Shown here one piece after another: positions 18,590 through 27,233 of a stretch of DNA of 30,357 nt. The first letter of the stretch is position 1. Each line of letters begins with the position of its first letter. Source of the stretch: a virus (taxonomy: Duplodnaviria; Caudoviricetes); IMG/VR virus record IMGVR_UViG_3300020248_000006, positions 1 through 30,357 of that record; one strand, 5' to 3'. The translations under genes and the position numbers were made by a program. The notes below the pieces were generated by a model. That model did not search any database. It had not been told where the DNA came from and saw only the letters and a list, made by a program, of their open reading frames with translations.

Positions 18590-19291
18590 TTAATCTTTGA
18601 GTCCACCATATACTGATACACCTGCACTAAATCCACTAAGTAGTGGCCCAAGTATAGATGGTTTTGATGGAGGATTTTGTTTGATTGGACGTATAGTTTT
18701 AAATGATGCAGTAGGTGCGACAGCAGCAGATGTAGATATGTTGTTGAAAGCTGTAGTATCTGCAGAGTATTGATCGAGGTTGACACCAAACTGTTTAAGA
18801 CCGTAGGATTTAGTAGCATCAAATACAGTTGCATTTAATTGTGCTTCTTGCATACCCATTGTTCTTTCGGCATCATCTAACATCATACCCAGTGATTGAC
18901 CAGATTGAGCTCCACTTGCTAATACTGTACCTTGAGCTTGTATTGATTTAGCTAAGTTTTCTTGACTCTTAAACATAGCTTCAGTTACTTTTTCTCTTAG
19001 TTCTTGTTGAGCAGTTTCACCAGCTCTATTAGCTTCTATTTGATTTATTTCTCTCTGTCTAAAGAAAGCCTGACGAGAGGCAGCATCAGCTTTTAACTGA
19101 GCTGTAAATACTTCACCTTTACGTTGATCGTTGTAGGCTGAGATAGTTATATCGTTTAAGTACTTTTGTCTAGCTATTTGGTTGCTACGATTGACTGCAT
19201 CGACTTGTGCTCGATGTTTTCTATTCTGTTCTGCAATACCAGTGACAGCTGTACCAATACCTGCTATAACTCCTAATGTGACTGCACACAT
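18590..19291 (-). CDS. Internal virion protein (T7 gp14-like)
   Basis: MC start, hydrophobic Gly/Ala N-terminus, Gln/Ala coiled coil, synteny. Confidence 0.78.
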   Translation of the reverse strand: MCAVTLGVIAGIGTAVTGIAEQNRKHRAQVDAVNRSNQIARQKYLNDITISAYNDQRKGEVFTAQLKADAASRQAFFRQREINQIEANRAGETAQQELREKVTEAMFKSQENLAKSIQAQGTVLASGAQSGQSLGMMLDDAERTMGMQEAQLNATVFDATKSYGLKQFGVNLDQYSADTTAFNNISTSAAVAPTASFKTIRPIKQNPPSKPSILGPLLSGFSAGVSVYGGLKD

Positions 19292-19722
19292 GGTTTTATA
19301 AATTGTATAAGAGGGACATTGTTGTAGACATAATAATTTACAAAAGTAAAACCTAAAAGTTTAAGTAATTTTATATGTGCATCGTTCCGCATATCTGCTT
19401 GGTTACATAAATAAGGATTGAGTAAACTGTTTATCCAGCGTTTTGCTTCCTTTACAAATGTATGAGGATACTCTGTGCTGGCATCAGTACATAACATCCA
19501 TATTATATTGTGCGGGGTTACACCCGCCACTCCAGCAGCCTTGCCGTTGGGAACCTTAAAAAACACGGAATATGCTGAATTGTAATAAGACTCTATAATA
19601 GCAGCCTCTGCACATAAACCTGTAGTTTGTTCTATCTCACGTCTATCTTCATAGCGTAAGTTCAGACCTACACTTAGAGCTAACTCTGGTGTGCAAGTCT
19701 GAATATACTTACCTTCGTACAT
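19273..19722 (-). CDS. Internal virion protein A (T7 gp13-like)
   Basis: [26 protein letters not shown] motifs; follows tail tubular B. Confidence 0.8.
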   Translation of the reverse strand: MYEGKYIQTCTPELALSVGLNLRYEDRREIEQTTGLCAEAAIIESYYNSAYSVFFKVPNGKAAGVAGVTPHNIIWMLCTDASTEYPHTFVKEAKRWINSLLNPYLCNQADMRNDAHIKLLKLLGFTFVNYYVYNNVPLIQFIKPCVQSH

Positions 19723-22700
19723 GTCGTTTGTTTGAGTAATTACCGTCCCAGCTTCCTGAGATTATGGCGGTAGAAAATGGGTCTGGTACTTGTATTTGTA
19801 ATGTATATTTTTCGTTCTTTCTTTGTATAGGTACTCTAACTCTACGTGCTAAATCTGCAGGTGGTTTATCAAATACACTTGAGTTAGTAAACATACCAGA
19901 CTCAAATTGCACATAATCATCTATATCTTTAGTAACATTACCACTAGCATCTACATATTCAAATGGTGATGTAAGATGAAACTCCATAGGGCCACCTACA
20001 CCTAATTCAAAAGTTATACCAGATATACGTAGTTCACCCTCTGTATCATAAGCATTATTACCTACGTTGAAGTAATATGTAGGTAGTTCAATAATACTTG
20101 TGTACTTATAACCTACAGCTATTTTTGCTGAACTACTTAAATTGATATTGTTAAAAGTAACTGTGCCATGCACAACTCCAGATATAGTAACAGAACCTAC
20201 AGCATCAGCCTGTCTGACTGTACCAGCGATAGAATTACCATCACTGTCATTTCCAGACAACCCTACCATAACTAAATTAGTAGTGTTTGCAGGTACATAT
20301 GGTATACGTAGTACAGTTTTTTCTGGAGCTGTAGTTGTTTGAGCTGACCCAGCTACGTTTGTAGCTATAGTCATATTATCTAAATGTGCTTCAAACTGTC
20401 TTGCAGTTTTTAGTGGTGAACCAACATCAGATGTTGTACCACCTAATACATAAGCTCTAGTTGAATCAGCATCGGCAACATATTCATGTCTACATAGTTT
20501 ATAACTACCATCATGTAGTGTAACAGTAAAGAAACTACCACCTGTATATAACATGTGTTGCATAGTTCCTGTTAAAGTCCAACTATACCAAGCTGATTGC
20601 TCACGTTGTTGTCCAGTATTGTAATATTTGTAATGATATACTGTACTATCACCTTTTTTACCATAAGTAGTAATACCTATTGCTGCAGAGTTTGCAGATT
20701 TAGTTATATCTTTTGGTAAAAACTCTGGTACAACTCTTGTTTGTTCTAGTATGTTAGGAGGTGTAGAGTCATCTAGTATAGTAGCCTCAAACGCTCTAGC
20801 ATACGCAGATACATTAGATGTAAATAGTACGGATGTACCAAGATCTACAGGTTGTATAGTTGCATCACACTCATAACTAGATATTTTTTTCAATCTGACT
20901 GTTTTTGGACTAAATATATCTGACTCTGTAAATAACATAAATTGACCATTATCACTAAACATCATCATACCTCTTTGTATAGGTAGAATATGGTTAATAA
21001 ATGCAGGTTTTACATCAGATACAGTTATGTCTATAGGGTTGTCGTCACTGGTAGTTATAGCAGACACTATAAAGAAATCAAAGTATTGCCCAGGTTTACC
21101 CATCACAATCTGTTCGCCAGAAATCATACCTAATCTGTTTCTGTGAAAAAACATTTCTTGTATGGTATTACCAACAAAAGTAGGAAATGGGTTAGATGTA
21201 TCATCACCTACCTCTCTGTTTTTCCAGTAGTTTTCAGTACTACCCTTACTAGCTTCATCTAACTTAGTAAAAGTAAATGTACCGTCACGATTGTTTATTA
21301 AAGCATGTGGCATTGTTGCGGGGTCTAAACCTAACACCATAGGGTCATTACCAGAACCATCAAAGTTATGAGGTCTAACACACTCGTTATAACTACCAGC
21401 ACCAGATACACCATTGTTAGCTTCAAACTTTACGTAGTAGTCATCTGTATCTAAGTCAGAAGCATTTGATATTTGTGCAACATACCCTTCTTTATTCATA
21501 GCAGGTAGTCTACTAATATCTTGTGCTTTTTGACCTATAACACTCATGTTTTCGTTTACTGCACCACCAAGAAAGTTTACACCATCTGCGGCAGAACCAT
21601 TCATAAATAAACCACTACCTATGACCTCTGCAGTAACATTAGCAAGATTACTATTTACAGAAGATGCTAACCCATTAAGAATAGTAGCCATACTAAGAGT
21701 ACCATTGTCTGGGTTTTTAGGTGATTTAAAATAACCTATATTAGATACATCTCTATATGTAGTTACTGGTTCTACTGCTTCAACTGATACACGATATTCT
21801 ACACCTTCAATAGTCACATCAATAAACATACCTTCGGCAGTTGTTTTATTAGTTGATCTAATTAAACCGCCATCCTGTAAAGTTACAGTAGCTGTATACC
21901 GTACATCATAGTTTTGTGTATATCCAAGAAAGTTAGAACCATCAAAGTTTTCTATATTATTAGCAATATAACTTTGTCCATTTACTTGTAAACTTCCTTC
22001 AATATTGTCTGTAATATTTACACCACCTACTTGAGCACCTGTAGTATCTACAGCAGTACCTCCAGAAAATGACCAAGTTAAAGTACCAGACTTACCTTGG
22101 TTTTCATTTCCACTATTCCATGTAGCTCCAGATCCTATAACAACTGTACCAGAAGCAGTATTAGTACCAGTTGCTGGTGCACCAACTTGAAGAGTAGGAA
22201 CTGAGGTATAACCACTTCCCGCATCAGTTACTTCAAATCTAACAACTTTGTTATCTTCAACAATAGCTTTAGCTGTAGCTCCAGTTCCTCCACCACCACT
22301 AATAGTAACGCTTGGTGCTCCTCCAGTGTAACCATCACCTTGATTAGTTACAGTGATTTCACTTACAAGTTCTCTGACATCTACTTTTACAGAAGTAACC
22401 CTGAAGTAAGTATTGGGTGTGGGAGCTGTACCACTATATAAAATATATTCAGTATTGTAAGCAACAGTATCCAACCTAGCATATGAATAGTCTCCTCCAT
22501 GAATTGCTGTAAATGTATTACCTGTAGTACCCACAACTTTATTAGGGTTAGCTATAAGTGTGTAGTCTTGAATTGTGGTAACTGCATATGGTGATGTAGC
22601 TCCAGATAAATAACTAAATAAAGAATCTCCGCTAGAATTTGTCAGAGATTTTTCAGTACCATCAGCTAAGTCCCATACTCTTATAGGCATGCCACCACTG

Positions 22701-22945
22701 TTAGATGGTGTGATTTGTACTATATATTTTTCGTCTCCATCTCGTAATATCTCATACCAATGACCAGATGATGTAGCATTAGTAAGGTTTCCAACAAACT
22801 CTGCAGGAGGACGTTTTTTAAGACCAAATGTTATATCTGGAACGGCATTATCACATACCCTTAACTGTCCTGGAAATTTTATTTTATCTGGCTGTTGTGA
22901 TACACCCCCTAGAAAGTTTGGGATACGTTGATTAATTTGTGCCAT
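19709..22945 (-). CDS. Tail tubular protein B / nozzle (T7 gp12-like)
   Basis: N-terminal [35 protein letters not shown] motifs. Confidence 0.93.
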   Translation of the reverse strand: MAQINQRIPNFLGGVSQQPDKIKFPGQLRVCDNAVPDITFGLKKRPPAEFVGNLTNATSSGHWYEILRDGDEKYIVQITPSNSGGMPIRVWDLADGTEKSLTNSSGDSLFSYLSGATSPYAVTTIQDYTLIANPNKVVGTTGNTFTAIHGGDYSYARLDTVAYNTEYILYSGTAPTPNTYFRVTSVKVDVRELVSEITVTNQGDGYTGGAPSVTISGGGGTGATAKAIVEDNKVVRFEVTDAGSGYTSVPTLQVGAPATGTNTASGTVVIGSGATWNSGNENQGKSGTLTWSFSGGTAVDTTGAQVGGVNITDNIEGSLQVNGQSYIANNIENFDGSNFLGYTQNYDVRYTATVTLQDGGLIRSTNKTTAEGMFIDVTIEGVEYRVSVEAVEPVTTYRDVSNIGYFKSPKNPDNGTLSMATILNGLASSVNSNLANVTAEVIGSGLFMNGSAADGVNFLGGAVNENMSVIGQKAQDISRLPAMNKEGYVAQISNASDLDTDDYYVKFEANNGVSGAGSYNECVRPHNFDGSGNDPMVLGLDPATMPHALINNRDGTFTFTKLDEASKGSTENYWKNREVGDDTSNPFPTFVGNTIQEMFFHRNRLGMISGEQIVMGKPGQYFDFFIVSAITTSDDNPIDITVSDVKPAFINHILPIQRGMMMFSDNGQFMLFTESDIFSPKTVRLKKISSYECDATIQPVDLGTSVLFTSNVSAYARAFEATILDDSTPPNILEQTRVVPEFLPKDITKSANSAAIGITTYGKKGDSTVYHYKYYNTGQQREQSAWYSWTLTGTMQHMLYTGGSFFTVTLHDGSYKLCRHEYVADADSTRAYVLGGTTSDVGSPLKTARQFEAHLDNMTIATNVAGSAQTTTAPEKTVLRIPYVPANTTNLVMVGLSGNDSDGNSIAGTVRQADAVGSVTISGVVHGTVTFNNINLSSSAKIAVGYKYTSIIELPTYYFNVGNNAYDTEGELRISGITFELGVGGPMEFHLTSPFEYVDASGNVTKDIDDYVQFESGMFTNSSVFDKPPADLARRVRVPIQRKNEKYTLQIQVPDPFSTAIISGSWDGNYSNKRHVRR

Positions 22946-23583
22946 TACATTCTTCTTAATACTTTAAATGGTCTGTATACTGTGTTAGCATCTTGTTGAT
23001 ATTGAAAATCATTAAATATATTATGATCTTCCTGCTTACACTCATACTCTAGTGCTAAGGCTCTTAGAGAGGCTTCATCTGCCTCAAGTAACCTAGATGA
23101 CTGTGGGTTGTTTACCATACGGTTAGAGGCTATTCTGGAAGCTCTAGCGGTTATATAATCTTTAAATGGTTGTGGTAGATCTTCAAAATCTATCATCCAC
23201 ACCATATCAAAATATAATTTATCACAATTTTCAAAAGTAAAGGTATGACCTTTTTTATCATACACTTTTTTTACACCATTATCACTACGTAATACTACGT
23301 TGTAGTCCTTACCATGTTGGAATATATTTAAATCCATTTGTAAAACATTGTTAGGAACTATAACTTGATTATTAGTATCAGTGTTAATAGGATACTCATT
23401 CTCTGTGTTGTATGACCATCCCTCAGCTTGTACCTCACGGCAGATTTGCCTTAGAGTCTTTTGTGCTATAGCCACTTCGGGGCTTTGCACTGTTAATGTG
23501 TTAACTGGGGTTTCTCCAACGCTCATCAGGATTGAGTTTACAGCATCTAGTTCGGTAGACACTCCGTAAGGTATTACTGCCAT
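22945..23583 (-). CDS. Tail tubular protein A / adaptor (T7 gp11-like)
   Basis: [41 protein letters not shown] motifs. Confidence 0.93.
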   Translation of the reverse strand: MAVIPYGVSTELDAVNSILMSVGETPVNTLTVQSPEVAIAQKTLRQICREVQAEGWSYNTENEYPINTDTNNQVIVPNNVLQMDLNIFQHGKDYNVVLRSDNGVKKVYDKKGHTFTFENCDKLYFDMVWMIDFEDLPQPFKDYITARASRIASNRMVNNPQSSRLLEADEASLRALALEYECKQEDHNIFNDFQYQQDANTVYRPFKVLRRM

Positions 23584-23586
23584 AAT

Positions 23587-23608
23587 AAAAAAGGGGGACT
23601 GAGCCCCC
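23587..23608 (-). terminator. Intrinsic terminator after major capsid (T-phi-like)
   Basis: Minus strand GGGGGCTCAGTCCCCC hairpin followed by TTTTTT. Confidence 0.8.
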
Positions 23609-23623
23609 GTATAGAATAAAAAC

Positions 23624-24793
23624 TTATGAGAAAGCTGCTGGCTTTGTAGTTGTTCCTGCGAACAATTCTACACAAGCTGCTGGGTTCACATAATCTGCTC
23701 CCATAGCCATGCGTCCTAGGATGACATCGCCTTGGTAAACAACAGAAACATCACCAGAAGTTACTTGAACCTGTGGCCCGATTGTTTCTACTACACCTGC
23801 AGCTTCTCTCTGGAAGATTAGCCCGCATGTGTTTGCAAAGTTAGAGGCAGCACCGTAGTTCTGACGAGCTCCGTAGTTGTTGCCTGTAGCTGTATTAGCT
23901 GTTTCAATACCTTCAGATACAAAATCACCTGTGTTGCCAGGGTCTATTGTAGCAAGGTCAGTGCCAGCTGAAGCACCACTTGAAGGTGCATACTTAGTAC
24001 CATACTTAGAGAAGAATGGAACGTTCATTGATTTGTAGATTTGGATACCTGCAATTTCAATTACTCCGTTACCAGACTGAAGTGCTGTACCTTGTACGTC
24101 TCTGTTAATTAGACCGTTTGAACCAGCACCTTGTATAAGTGCGTAGTACTGTCTAGGGTTAAGTACGGCAACCCGACCATCATCAGAAACTCCTTTTTCG
24201 TCAAGAGCCGCAGCAGCATCATAGAAAGCTGTTACGAGCTTTTGATCGTCAAGAGCATCATCAGCGTCAGAACCTGCACCAACTTGAATTTGGGTTCCAC
24301 CTGGCTCTTCAAAGTTGCTGAGTGATACTGGAGAAGCCTGTCTAGCTCCTTTAGCAATAGCTCTGAAAATTAATCTATCATACTTTTGAGCAAGAGCATA
24401 TCCAATCTTCTTGGAAATTTCGCCCCTCAACTCATAGTGTGCTAGTGTTTCATCTAGCTCATATACAAAAGCCGAGCTAATTAATAGGTCATCGACTGTA
24501 ATTGTTTTTTCTGCTACAGGTGGAGTTTTGTCAGAGTTTCCTAATATACTGTTTCCTGGAGTGTGGTATTCCGCACTTGTACGTCCAGTATAGATGAACT
24601 GTAGACTCTTTCCGTTTGTGAGTGTACGCTTCATAACGAGATCTCTTGCGATTGTCTCTCTTTGGAAGCCAGTAAACATCTCACCTGAGAACAACTTTAA
24701 ATATAAATCTCTGTTGTTCGTTGCGTTTGTCGCTGTGTTAATCCTACCCAGAAAGGTTTGTGAAGCAGGATTGTTTGTTGACTGTTGTGCCAT
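23624..24793 (-). CDS. Major capsid protein (T7 gp10-like)
   Basis: LYLKLFSGEMFTGF, RTLTNGKSLQF, ITVDDLLIS, GYALAQKYDR motifs. Confidence 0.96.
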   Translation of the reverse strand: MAQQSTNNPASQTFLGRINTATNATNNRDLYLKLFSGEMFTGFQRETIARDLVMKRTLTNGKSLQFIYTGRTSAEYHTPGNSILGNSDKTPPVAEKTITVDDLLISSAFVYELDETLAHYELRGEISKKIGYALAQKYDRLIFRAIAKGARQASPVSLSNFEEPGGTQIQVGAGSDADDALDDQKLVTAFYDAAAALDEKGVSDDGRVAVLNPRQYYALIQGAGSNGLINRDVQGTALQSGNGVIEIAGIQIYKSMNVPFFSKYGTKYAPSSGASAGTDLATIDPGNTGDFVSEGIETANTATGNNYGARQNYGAASNFANTCGLIFQREAAGVVETIGPQVQVTSGDVSVVYQGDVILGRMAMGADYVNPAACVELFAGTTTKPAAFS

Positions 24794-24874
24794 TATTTTG
24801 TAAGGTTATATGTATCGTCTCTAGATCTAGAATTATAGGAATCTTAATTGTTTCAGCTAAGACTCAAACTGCTT

Positions 24875-24958
24875 GTGGTCTATCCCACCGTCATGACGGC
24901 ATAAGGTGTCCTCCTTAGAGGGCTCATACCAAATGTAGAGGGAGGCATTGCACCTCCC
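24875..24958 (-). promoter_or_regulatory. Structured leader upstream of major capsid
   Basis: Hairpins at 24940-24958, 24898-24930 and 24875-24888; palindrome CCGTCATGACGG at 24888-24899. Confidence 0.5.
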
Positions 24959-24965
24959 GTGTCGC

Positions 24966-25097
24966 TTAACGAACTACTTTATGTAAATGATAATTTGGTC
25001 GTTTCTCTGTCATATGCGTTTGAATGTGACTTAATTCTAAAGCCCCCATTACAATAGCTAATCCAATTATACTGAACCAAATTGCTCTGTCATTCAT
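24966..25097 (-). CDS. 43-aa single-TM microprotein (MNDRAIWFSIIGLAIVMGALELSHIQTHMTEKRPNYHLHKVVR)
   Basis: Manually translated; ATGA overlap with the upstream YRG peptide. Confidence 0.65.
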   Translation of the reverse strand: MNDRAIWFSIIGLAIVMGALELSHIQTHMTEKRPNYHLHKVVR

Positions 25098-25147
25098 TTG
25101 ATAATTTTAGTGTAAGCAACGCCACGATATACGTAAGTTACTGTCAT
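25094..25147 (-). CDS. 17-aa DUF4278-like peptide (MTVTYVYRGVAYTKIIK)
   Basis: YRGVxY motif, GGAG RBS, directly downstream of the riboswitch-like RNA. Confidence 0.8.
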   Translation of the reverse strand: MTVTYVYRGVAYTKIIK

Positions 25148-25162
25148 GGTAAACTCCCATAT

Positions 25163-25215
25163 ACCAAAGCCCCGTTCCATGCTTTGGTGTCATGCGTCCC
25201 GAAGGATGAACGGAC
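25163..25215 (-). ncRNA. Glutamine-II riboswitch (Downstream-peptide RNA motif)
   Basis: Minus strand: CCGTTC/GAACGG P1, TCC-TTCG-GGA P2, CATG/CATG P3, and ACCAAAGC complementary to downstream GCTTTGGT (pseudoknot); followed by a YRG peptide, as is typical of this motif. Confidence 0.8.
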
Positions 25216-25229
25216 GTGGCGTTTGTGGA

Positions 25230-25364
25230 TTATAAAATTCCAGGTATGATTTGACCTGTTGTTAGGTATGTACCTACAGCTATTACGAACCCTAGCATAG
25301 CTAGTCTACCGTTTAGCTCTTCAGCTACATGCCATTTATCGCCTTCGTGGTTGTGGTGTGTCAT
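25230..25364 (-). CDS. hli: High-light-inducible protein, 44 aa
   Basis: AEELNGRLAMLGF chlorophyll-binding motif and TGQIIPGIL C-terminus; not in the ORF track. Confidence 0.95.
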   Translation of the reverse strand: MTHHNHEGDKWHVAEELNGRLAMLGFVIAVGTYLTTGQIIPGIL

Positions 25365-25597
25365 TTTTTTCTTCGTTTGTGGTTGTAGTTAATTCTACGT
25401 GAACTTGTTTTGGTTTTTCTAAACCTTGATTTTTCACCCTTAGACATCTCTTTAGTAGTCTTTGGTGTTTTAGAGGAGACTCTACGAGATGGACGACAAG
25501 CGGGGTAGCCTTTACGCTTTTCGCCTTTCTGTCTGCCACATGGCTTACCAGTTTTTACGTCCACCCACTTCTCTTTAAACCATCGTCTTAGACTCAT
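25361..25597 (-). CDS. Highly basic protein, 78 aa
   Basis: LRRWFKEKWVDVKTGKPCGR...YPACRP; ATGA overlaps at both ends. Confidence 0.8.
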   Translation of the reverse strand: MSLRRWFKEKWVDVKTGKPCGRQKGEKRKGYPACRPSRRVSSKTPKTTKEMSKGEKSRFRKTKTSSRRINYNHKRRKK

Positions 25598-25758
25598 TTT
25601 CTCTTACCTCTAGTATATCCTTTTGCAGTTTTACGTTTACCACCAGACTTGACCTGTCCTTTACATACCTTAACAGCGTATGCGTTAGCGTATGCAGAGG
25701 GGTAAACTTTGAACTTTCTTTTAGCAGCCGCTTTTCCTCTGGGGCATAGTTTAGCCAT
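25594..25758 (-). CDS. Highly basic protein, 54 aa (MAKLCPRGKAAAKRKFKVYPSAYANAYAVKVCKG...)
   Basis: Manually translated; TAATG/ATGA coupling to neighbours. Confidence 0.8.
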   Translation of the reverse strand: MAKLCPRGKAAAKRKFKVYPSAYANAYAVKVCKGQVKSGGKRKTAKGYTRGKRK

Positions 25759-25814
25759 TACTTTTTCTTGCCCCCGTGTTTACAGCCACACTTAGAACCT
25801 TTCTTGTGTGCCAT
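25758..25814 (-). CDS. 18-aa basic micropeptide (MAHKKGSKCGCKHGGKKK)
   Basis: Exact TAATG stop/start overlaps at both ends. Confidence 0.65.
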   Translation of the reverse strand: MAHKKGSKCGCKHGGKKK

Positions 25815-26002
25815 TATACTTTACCTTTTTTATTTTTCTTGCTGTAGTATAACAGAACATCTTTTTTGTCTTTAGTACTATGAGGCCCTTTACCAGATAA
25901 TCTCTTGTTAGCGTCTCTAATATTCTTTGGCACTCCAAAAAAGTCTGCAGCAATTTGTTGGTTAACTGAGTTAACTTTGTTTTTTCCGTTTAGTCTAGCC
26001 AT
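25814..26002 (-). CDS. Basic protein, 62 aa (MARLNGKNKV...)
   Basis: Start at 26002 by TAATG overlap with the upstream gene. Confidence 0.75.
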   Translation of the reverse strand: MARLNGKNKVNSVNQQIAADFFGVPKNIRDANKRLSGKGPHSTKDKKDVLLYYSKKNKKGKV

Positions 26003-26250
26003 TAGCATTTCCATCTACGTAAAGCTAGGGCTTTCCTTGTAGGTCTACCCTTCTTATCTTTCATTGGCCCTTTGTTACCTTTCATGCGAGCACAAAAAGA
26101 ACGCTTACGAGCACCACCCCCAGGCTGTGGAGCCTTGAGGTTAGAGCCAGTTGCTCGATTATATTTAGCTCTGCCCTTAGCAGTAAGCCCACCCTTGCGG
26201 GATTTCTCACCTCGACCTAAAGACAGACTTACGCTTTTCTTACGAGCCAT
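26002..26250 (-). CDS. Highly basic protein, 82 aa
   Basis: GGLTAKGRAKYNRATGSNLKAP...RKRSFCARM...ALRRWKC, a type often seen in marine phages; TAATG coupling. Confidence 0.82.
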   Translation of the reverse strand: MARKKSVSLSLGRGEKSRKGGLTAKGRAKYNRATGSNLKAPQPGGGARKRSFCARMKGNKGPMKDKKGRPTRKALALRRWKC

Positions 26251-26369
26251 TACTTCTTCTTCTTGTTACCTAAGATTTTCTTTTGTACTGTTTTTGGTAA
26301 CTTAGATAAACCTTTGTTCATCTTCTTACCGTTACCTTTTTTCATTCCTTTTCCGTAATGTCCAGGCAT
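26250..26369 (-). CDS. 39-aa Lys-rich microprotein (MPGHYGKGMKKGNGKKMNKGLSKLPKTVQKKILGNKKKK)
   Basis: AGGAGA RBS at the scaffold stop; TAATG overlap with the next gene. Confidence 0.75.
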   Translation of the reverse strand: MPGHYGKGMKKGNGKKMNKGLSKLPKTVQKKILGNKKKK

Positions 26370-26379
26370 TGTGTGTCTC

Positions 26380-27231
26380 CTATACTTTTAAGTTTGATGC
26401 GGATAGTTTTCTTAGAACATCATCTCTGAACGCTTCGTCAGTTTGATATTCTGGTTTGTTCATGTCTCTGACAACCTCTGCCATACTTCTGTAGTTTTCA
26501 GTAGATGACTCTTTACCAGTGACTATGCGGGAGTCTCTTCCCTGTGAATCTTCGTATTGTCCCATAAGTGCTTTGACTGCAAATTTTATAGCTGATTTGT
26601 TGGCTGTGGCTAGAACATCATCATAGTTCTTAGCATCTTCTTTTGATAAGTTATTACCAGCCCACTCCATTAAGGCATCATAACCTTCTGAACCACCAGC
26701 TACAGCTTTTACTTCATCAACTTCAGACTCTGATAATACTGGCTCTGCATCTTGTGGGTATCCTAGTTCACCACGTAGACCCTTCAAGTATGCTTCAACC
26801 ATTGGTCTACTTAAACCAGCTTGACCAAGTTTGTCATACATTTCATCAGATAAAGTACCATTGTTGTTATCAAAGTACTCATTCATTTCAAATGGGTCTA
26901 TACCATTTTCTTTGAATGTTTCACCTAATTTTGTACCATATACTTCATTAGCTGTATCATAATTAACAGAGCCATCATCACTATAGAACTCATATTCTGT
27001 AGCTGGTTCTGATGTATCTTCAGCTGTTTCTGTAGGCTTGTCACCTAGTTTTTTTTGCAGTTCATTGTAAGCTGCTTCTAAATCTTCAACACTTTTATAC
27101 TTACCAGCAAGCATCTTATCTTGCTTTGCCATAAGTTCTTCACCGATTTTAAGAGACTCAGCCTCTTTTTCTGCGATTGCTTGTGCTGCTACAGGATCAT
27201 CGGAAGTGTCGTAGCGGATTGTTTCTGCCAT
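26380..27231 (-). CDS. Capsid assembly scaffolding protein (T7 gp9-like)
   Basis: Acidic; LAGKYKSVEDLEAAYNELQKKLG and GGSEGYDALMEWA motifs; follows portal. Confidence 0.9.
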   Translation of the reverse strand: MAETIRYDTSDDPVAAQAIAEKEAESLKIGEELMAKQDKMLAGKYKSVEDLEAAYNELQKKLGDKPTETAEDTSEPATEYEFYSDDGSVNYDTANEVYGTKLGETFKENGIDPFEMNEYFDNNNGTLSDEMYDKLGQAGLSRPMVEAYLKGLRGELGYPQDAEPVLSESEVDEVKAVAGGSEGYDALMEWAGNNLSKEDAKNYDDVLATANKSAIKFAVKALMGQYEDSQGRDSRIVTGKESSTENYRSMAEVVRDMNKPEYQTDEAFRDDVLRKLSASNLKV

Positions 27232-27233
27232 AG

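Noticed and set aside
18586-18834. 82-aa nested minus-strand ORF
   Set aside because: Alternate frame within the gp14-like gene with no independent support
23610-23680. T7 gp10A/10B-type programmed frameshift at the capsid end
   Set aside because: No obvious slippery sequence before the stop, and a terminator plus tail gene follow at once, leaving no room for an extension
24930-24965. tRNA gene suggested by a T-arm-like hairpin
   Set aside because: No D-arm, anticodon arm or acceptor stem can be formed
25336-25539. 67-aa alternate-frame minus-strand ORF
   Set aside because: Overlaps the 78-aa gene and hli, which have exact stop/start coupling
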